A stretch of 64,000 bases of DNA, taken from positions 2,480,001 to 2,544,000 of the forward strand of contig JAUFOQ010000002.1 of assembly GCA_040285855.1 (NCBI GenBank), in the 5' to 3' direction. Below are positions 57,113 to 64,000 of the stretch, one piece after another. The notes beneath the pieces are model-generated. The model was not told the DNA's origin. It saw only the letters and a program-made list of their open reading frames with translations, and did not search any database. Position 1 is the first letter of the stretch, and each line of letters opens with the position of its first letter. Both the position numbers and the translations under genes were made by a program. Source of the DNA: Eukaryota sp. GEM-RC1 (taxonomy: Eukaryota).

Positions 57113-60100
57113 ATGTCAATCGGGATCGACTTCAAGTCCACAGAGCTGGTTCTAGCCATAACAGACTCCAATGGAGTGCGAGTCCCTGAAACTGACACTG
57201 GGCATAGATCTTTTGCATATTTTGTGGCGTTTGATGGTCAACAAAATCATTCAGGATTTTCTGCTTCATCCAAAGTTCCTCGATTCCTTACACAGTCTGA
57301 ATGGAACATTCCCCTCACCTTCTTTCCTGAGTTGTTCTCGTTTCCTTTCGTCTCACGACAATGTACAAACAGTGCTTCCTCAAATCAGCAAACTAAGCCT
57401 TATGAGAATTTACAACTAATACTTGAAGAAGTAGATCAATTTCTCAAGACAAACTTTGACAACGAACCTTCTCACACATTTCTTTCTTTACCACAATGTC
57501 TTTCGTCTTTTCAGCTTGGGTTGCATGACGTCTTGGCTTCTTCTGGATTTCATGACGTTACCATTGTTGATCCCATCTATTGCTTGTCTTGGAGCTACCT
57601 CTACAAAATGAACTCACGGTTGACTAACCAACTTGAAGTCATTCTATTTCTTGACATTGGCTATATGTGTACAGACATTGGAGTAGTTCAAATGAACAAT
57701 GAATCTGCAAACATTCTTCTGTCAAAGTCTTCTACTTCTTTTCGAGGACAACTTCTTGACCACGAGTTGTTACAACTTTGCGTGGGTAAAGCGAACCAAC
57801 TTTTCAACCAAGATGTAACTCAAAACAAGAAGGCAATGTTTAGGCTGTACCAAGAAATTAAAAAAAGTAGAGTTAATTTGTCTTCTTGTCCTGAAGTGGA
57901 GCTCGAAATTGATTCATTTATTGATGGAGAAGACTTTGAAATTGATGTTGATAGAAGAGATTTTGAAGCTAGATTTGATCACCATTTATTGCAACTTGGT
58001 AATCTTTTGACAGAAGTTGACCAATTCCTTGTAAAAAACTCATTAAAATTGAGTAAAGTTGTTCTACTTGGTGGTTTTTCCTATGTACCAGTAATTGAAA
58101 CCACAATCAAGTCTCATTTTGACTATCTTCAAAGCTATCAATTTGAACGAACTTTAAATGCTTTTGAAAGTATTTCTGAAGGAGCTTCATTAGCATGTGC
58201 TGCTATAGATCACCAACCTGGTCTACCTTCATGGTTCATGTCCTTAACTGTCACTAATACCATTGAGAGTGTAACTGAAGACATCCATCTACACTCAGAT
58301 GAACAGGCCCTCACTACAGTTAATTCGTCATTAAAGGAAATGAATGATATTAACTCTGTTTTCAACCCTACTAAAGAACAGGTGTCAAATCATGAACTTG
58401 AACAATTACAGTGTTGTCTTCAGGATTATTTGGAAAGGTTCAGATCTTTATCCACAATTTTTAAAAGATTGTTACCTCCGACTTTGCTAGATTCAATGGC
58501 AATGAAGTTGACAAAATGCAATTCTTCTTTCAAGAACTCTGACGTGATTAGCTTGAACATGTTATTAGAAGAAGTTAAAAATGATCCTCTTCTAACGTGC
58601 TTACAAGAATTGGAAAATTTTAAAATTATTGAATTGTTATCCAGTCTACGTGATTCCGACCTTCACTCAATTTCCCGCTCTGATTCTCCCTTTGTTTCTT
58701 GTTGTCTTTCATTCTGTTATCTTAAGGGAATTGGTTGTAAACAGAATGCTGATAAGGCTTTGGAATTCTATCTAGCTCAAAAGGTCATAATCATTCTGGT
58801 AGTTTGCTTTTTAAATTTTGGAACAGCCTTCTTTTGCCTTGGGCAAAAGACTATCAACAGAAACATCAAAGTTTTGAAATTTTAGTAGTATTGCGGTCAC
58901 AAATGCAATTATTCAAAAATTTGTGTAAATTTTTCCCAGACGATCTTGTCAATCAAATTGATTTCTGGACTAAAGATGTTAATTGCTGTCAAACACTGCT
59001 ATCTAGAAATGATGATCCTGTTGATCTTCTTGCAAACTCTGTTAAAGCATTGATAACCTTCACCTCCTTGCTAAAGCCGTTGGATTCTGTAAGACTAGTC
59101 GATAGCAATGACCAATCTCTTTCTAACTTCTTGTCATCTTTCTTTTCTCTTCAAGAACTAAAGAGAGCAGCTAGGGAAAACAGTGCAGACCACATTGTGT
59201 TACAGTTGTGTTTGGCATTTTGTTTTGTAAAAGGATTGGAGTCAAAAACTCTGATGACGTAAGACATGACCTTTACAAAGCCTTGGATGAGGTCAAGGGC
59301 AAAATCTCACGTGATCATCCCAATCAAATTCTGAGGTTTTGGGTCCAAGAAGTTGAAAGTTCTAGAACAGCAATTCTTCGAAAGATACAGAAAAAGATGA
59401 AGCCTTTAACCACTACTTTAAAGTCATTGGTTTTGCTTAATCGTTTTGAACTGGTTCGTTACCTAGCTCCAGAGTTGGCAAGTCTTTTGGATGACGTCAA
59501 CAATTTGATTGAAACAGTCGAAGCCACTCATAACTCTTCTATCATTTGCCAGGTAGAAACTCTCCGACAACTGTCCAGTTATCAATCACGAGTGCTTCCA
59601 ATGTATCGGGATCTATTACTTGATCTTTCTACTGGTCATCTTGTCACAAACTTACTGCTGATTTTGCCTCCTTCCAAATCCAGCCTCCTTTCTGGTCTTA
59701 GGAACCTTGTTCTCAAAGAAAGTACCGAAGAAAAGCTGCCTAATTTGAACTTATCTTGTTTTGAAAATGTTGATGATTGTGTTGAGTTTTTTAAGAAGGT
59801 TCAGGTTTCTAATCATGGTTCACTTCTTGATGTCATTGCGTCTAGTATTTGTATAACTCCTGATTCTCAAAACTCTGATGAACCTTCATCCTTTATACTT
59901 TCCTGTTACATAGCGTTTTGCTATTCTAAGGGATTTGGTTTTAATCAGAGCTATTCCCAGGTAAAGAACTTTCTAAAGACTTTCGCTTCCCCTAAAAACC
60001 TGGTTCTAAATGATATTCTTAAGTATTGGCTAACAATAATTCAAACTTTTGTTGATGAGTCTGAAAGCCAACACTTGGTCAATGCCAAGTCTGTTATCAA

Positions 60101-63100
60101 TAAAGAAGTATCCAATTGTGAACCTACGTTGGTTAAGTTTTCTCAAATTCCTCGTGGTTTACTGTCACCTTCTATTTTACATCAAATTAAAAGTTGCAGG
60201 CAAAATTTAAAACAATTGACCTTAGAATTAGATGGTGTCACAATTCATCATTTAAATAGTTTCCGAGAATCTTTCAATGACTTCTTGCACGACTATAATC
60301 ATTTGAAAGAAATCTTGGTGGTTCCTCTGATACCAAACTCTTCTTGCAACTTACTTGACGTCTTGTCTTCTACTCCTTTTCAATTGAAACTATAACAAGT
60401 AGATTTGTTGAGATCAAGGATCGCCCTATTGTACTTCTGTTTCTATCTTATTGTTATTTGAAAGGAATTGGCATTTCCAAATATTCTCTAAATACGACTT
60501 ACTATTACTCTCTTTACAAGGTCAAAAAGCACATTTCCCTAAATGAATTAGTCACGTTCTGGAATGACGAGGTGATCTCTTTTGTCGCAGAGCAAGAGTT
60601 GGCTGAGAAAAGAAAGAAGTTACGATCGTTGAGAAATGAATTGTACGAATATCAAAGTAATCGCCTGAGCTTACACGATTATTTACTTAATTATTTTCCT
60701 AGAGAATTCGTTCGTGTCATTCAGAAAATTGATGAAATTGTTGGTAAATCTGATTGTGACGACGACTTACTTGAACCTTTAGTTAGTGAACTAAAAAGTC
60801 AGTGGAATTCCATTGACTCTTCCGTTAAAATCCTTCATGATGTTAAATTATCAAATAGTTCTTCATTGTTCTCCATTTTGAATGATTCTAAATTCGATGT
60901 CAACCAATTACTAAATTCTAATTCAACCGAATCAATTCAAGCCGTTATTAACTATTGTCTTGCTTTTTCTTTTGCAAAAGGATTAGGATCCAACCAGAAC
61001 TTATTGAAGAGTGAAAAGTTTTTTAGTCTTGCACAGTCTTCTGATGATTATGACCATGACGTTTTGATTTCCTACTGGAAGAAGGAAGTTGGGAAGCATC
61101 TTGACGATTCTCTTAAAAGTAAGACTAAATTGCTAAACAACTCGTTATCAGAGATTCTTAACGATCTTACAGTGCTCCGTCGAATTCCTAACAGTTTATT
61201 GCCCAGCAGTGTTTCTGTGAAAACACGGCAGTTGATTGGATCAATATCTGTTCTGTTGGAACAAGTTGCTGATTGCTCATCACCTTCCGTTTTGGAAGAT
61301 CTGGGTATCAAATTTGAGAGTGTTCACTCTGGATTCAAATCACATCGTCAATTATTCTCCTCTTGTTTGGAACGTCATCCTAGTCATTGTAAATTTTTAA
61401 AATTTCTTACAAGAGCACCCTTTTCAATCCCCGAACTAAGACCTGCACTAAGTTCCGGTCAATTTTGTTCATGTTTTAAACTTTTAATTTGTTTTGCTTA
61501 CGTTAAAGGAATTGGAGTCGAAAAATTAGAAAGAAAATCAGTTGAATTATATGAAACTATAATTTCCCGTAATTCAGCTCTTCACCAGCTCATAAAGAGT
61601 AATCATCTCTTAGATTTTTGGAATTCTGAACTTGTTTCAATTTCTAATCATATTAAGACGTCAAATTTAAAAAATGAAATATTAAAAATGACAACTGAAA
61701 TGGACTCCTTTTCAGAACAATTTCAAAGTTTTCTATCTCCACTACTTAAAAATCGACTTCAAGCAGCTATACAATCAATCAAAAGTTGTGATTCAGATTT
61801 CAATTTGATACAATCATCCTGGGAGCGTTTCCTCTCATATGTTTCATTTTTAAATTTCATTGAATTAACTCCAAATGTTTCGTTATTTCATTCTCTTGCA
61901 AGTCCCAACTTTTCTGTAGGCTTCTTGATCAAATCTCGTAATGATAGTTACTCACCAATCATTGATATTTGTATTGCCTTTTGTTTTACCAAAGGTATTG
62001 GTATTGCCCAGAATGGTAATCAGGTTTACAAATACCTATCACAATGCCCAGCTGATTACGATTACGATCGTCATCATTTGATTGCCTATTGGAGAGATGA
62101 GGCAGTAATGGAGTTGAAAAGGTTTGAAGATGAGGCAGAGCAGTTGAGGAAGAAGTTATTGGCTCAAATCGATCCCATTTTAAAGACTTTAAATTCTGGA
62201 GGGCCTGAACTTTTCAAATTTCTGCCTCCTTTTGACTACCACAGAACACTATTGGCTGCTGAGAATCTTAACGCGGATATAACTGATTGTCATTGGACTG
62301 ACATTAATGATTCTTTTGACAGTCGCCTATCACGATTGAAGAAAAAGGCCTCAACTTTTTGGGAATATTTGTCTTGTCTTTATACAGAAGTTACTTACAA
62401 GAACGTTTCTTATGTTTTTGCTACTTTAGTTAAAACAAATTCTTTCAACCTAAGTCAATTAGAAATGGAAGTTTTCAATCAACAACCTAATGCCAAGGTT
62501 CTTTTACTTTCGTTCTTATCCTTTTGTTTCTCGAACGAAGTGGCTGCCACGCAGAATGTTGTGAAAGCATTTGATTACTGGAATCAAGTAGAGCTCATCA
62601 ATCAAACATCATCAATCCAATCTAATTGTTTGGTGGATTATTGGGATTCCACAATCGTTAATACCTTCACAAAGGATTCTAATTCTATTTATGCAGTGAT
62701 TGAACATTTTCAAAAAGATATTCAGCCGTACTTATCTGATCTTTTAATGTCTATTTTACCAGTAAGCTTTTCTACTAAATTTAACAAAATTCATGAGAGA
62801 CTATTCATGTTACGAAGCTCGGTATTTGTTCAAAACAGAAAGGAATTGAGGTATTTTTGTTCTCTTATTCAAAATCTGTTTGTAGAATTTCGAAATTTAA
62901 CAGAAAAATGTTGGATGGTACTTACTTATGACGAGGAAGATAAGATTTTGTCGTTATTACAAGATCTCAAGACTACTCCAACTTACCCGAATTCGATTTT
63001 TGCATATTCGCAGCGTAATTTTAAAATTCTGGAATTATTGAAATTACACGTTTTACGAAATCACAACAGATCGTCTCAACCTTCACCCAGCTTAGTCGCT

Positions 63101-63610
63101 CCCTTGGAACCTCCTCCACACTCACGTCACTTATTAAAGACAACCAATGCCACGTCATTCGGTGTCACGCCATTCAGTACCATTGATTTAAATAAGTCTG
63201 GACGTAAGAAAAGACAACAGTCTCAATTACTCTACAAAAAAGCTGTCAAGTTCGAAGTTCGTGGGGATTTCTTCAGAGCTAAACAGTACTACATGGAAGC
63301 TGTTGACCATGGACATGCAAAATCCTGGTTTATCCTAGGTTTATTTAGGTCTGGATTACATGAATTACCTTTGGAAAACAAAGCGGCAGCACGTGCTTTA
63401 TTGCGATCTTCTCAATTAGGTTATGTATTAGCTCTCAGGTTGATTGATAAATTGAAAGGAGATGGACCTCCTAGAGAGTCCTCTGAATCTCCAGCAATAT
63501 TAGCTGCAGAACGTGGACTACAACCATATGAAGTTGAGGAGGCGGTTCGTCATTTGATGTTGATGGGTAAAGTTGTGTTGTCCAAAGATGATTGTTCAGA
63601 CTTGACCTAA
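57113..63610 (+). CDS. Degenerate Hsp70/Hsp110-like NBD + 8 helical/Sel1-like repeats + C-terminal Sel1/TPR motifs (type B-2, ~2160 aa if joined); frameshifts near 58780, 59235, 60380
   Basis: IGIDFKST, FLDIGYMCTD, VLLGGFSYVP; motif C(L/I)(A/S)FC(Y/F)xKG(I/L/F)G...(F/Y)WxxEV near 58700, 59208, 59903, 60440, 60952, 61485, 61968, 62512; AKQYYMEAVDHGHAKSWFILG near the end. Confidence 0.82.
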
Positions 63611-64000
63611 TTCAGGAACCACTGTTAGTTACGAATCAATAGTTGGATATACAATATTTCCGATTCTAATAAAGTACATGTACAATGTACGTACTGTATC
63701 CATTTTTAAATATTTGAGACTACATAGGGTTCCTAAGATTGCAATCAGCTCATTTGTTCGCTTCGGCTCCGCCCTGTGTATGAGCCAGGAGGTTCGCAAT
63801 GATTATTTAAAAATGTTGAAATCTCAACCAATCAAAAATCAAACATTTTCAGCAAAAGACCGCTCCCGTTAGTAAACATATGTTGTATTTCCATTAAGAA
63901 GTGGGTCATACATAGTCCCCTAATATGAAGCTCTAAGTCAAACTAACACTGGTCAAACATGTCACTCGTCAACTCTCTCTACAGTGACAGTTGAACTCCA

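Noticed and set aside
7340..60400. Programmed ribosomal frameshifting or RNA editing as the cause of the many split ORFs
   Set aside because: Nearly every break I traced is a +/-1 base in a homopolymer run, in both directions and with no common stimulatory motif. Long-read indel error or real decay is simpler; short reads would decide.
26077..63610. Calling any of the six genes canonical HSPA/DnaK/BiP/HSP110
   Set aside because: None has the full NBD-SBDbeta-lid layout or terminal EEVD/KDEL motifs, so no gene symbol was assigned
1..64000. Prokaryotic or giant-virus origin for the whole window; tRNA or rRNA genes
   Set aside because: Spliceosomal introns and RTF1, COMMD9, Tctex-1 and AK7 indicate a eukaryotic nuclear genome; no tRNA or rRNA was recognised by eye

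Overview
Gene-dense eukaryotic DNA from a flagellated protist, judged from 27-32 nt GT-AG introns, head-to-head genes 44-73 bp apart, and Tctex-1 and AK7 axonemal genes; a metamonad-like host is my inference only. Housekeeping genes (RFC2/Rfc4, RTF1, aminoacylase-1, S28 peptidase, COMMD9, AK7, CCDC137) are interspersed with two bacterial-type genes (Leu/Phe-tRNA-protein transferase, SMR transporter) and mobile DNA: a complete hAT with 8-bp TSD, a pogo-like element with TA TSD, a decayed hAT-like element, a Ty3/gypsy chromovirus with very short LTRs, and a possible CRESS Rep relic. The most striking content is a cluster of six atypical Hsp70-superfamily genes (26-63.6 kb) of two complementary types. 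Type A (four genes) keeps the ATPase motifs and the beta substrate-binding domain but has no helical lid or EEVD tail, and one carries a ~400 aa vWA/MIDAS insert inside the SBD. Type B (two very large genes) has a degenerate NBD, no SBD-beta, and 4 or 8 tandem ~170 aa repeats, each a Sel1-like hairpin plus a helical bundle resembling the Hsp70 lid. One A/B pair is head-to-head 48 bp apart, and the two B genes share a 600-bp near-identical NBD block. Most frameshifts I traced sit in homopolymer runs and are probably long-read errors, so split ORFs were joined by hand. No database searches were run.
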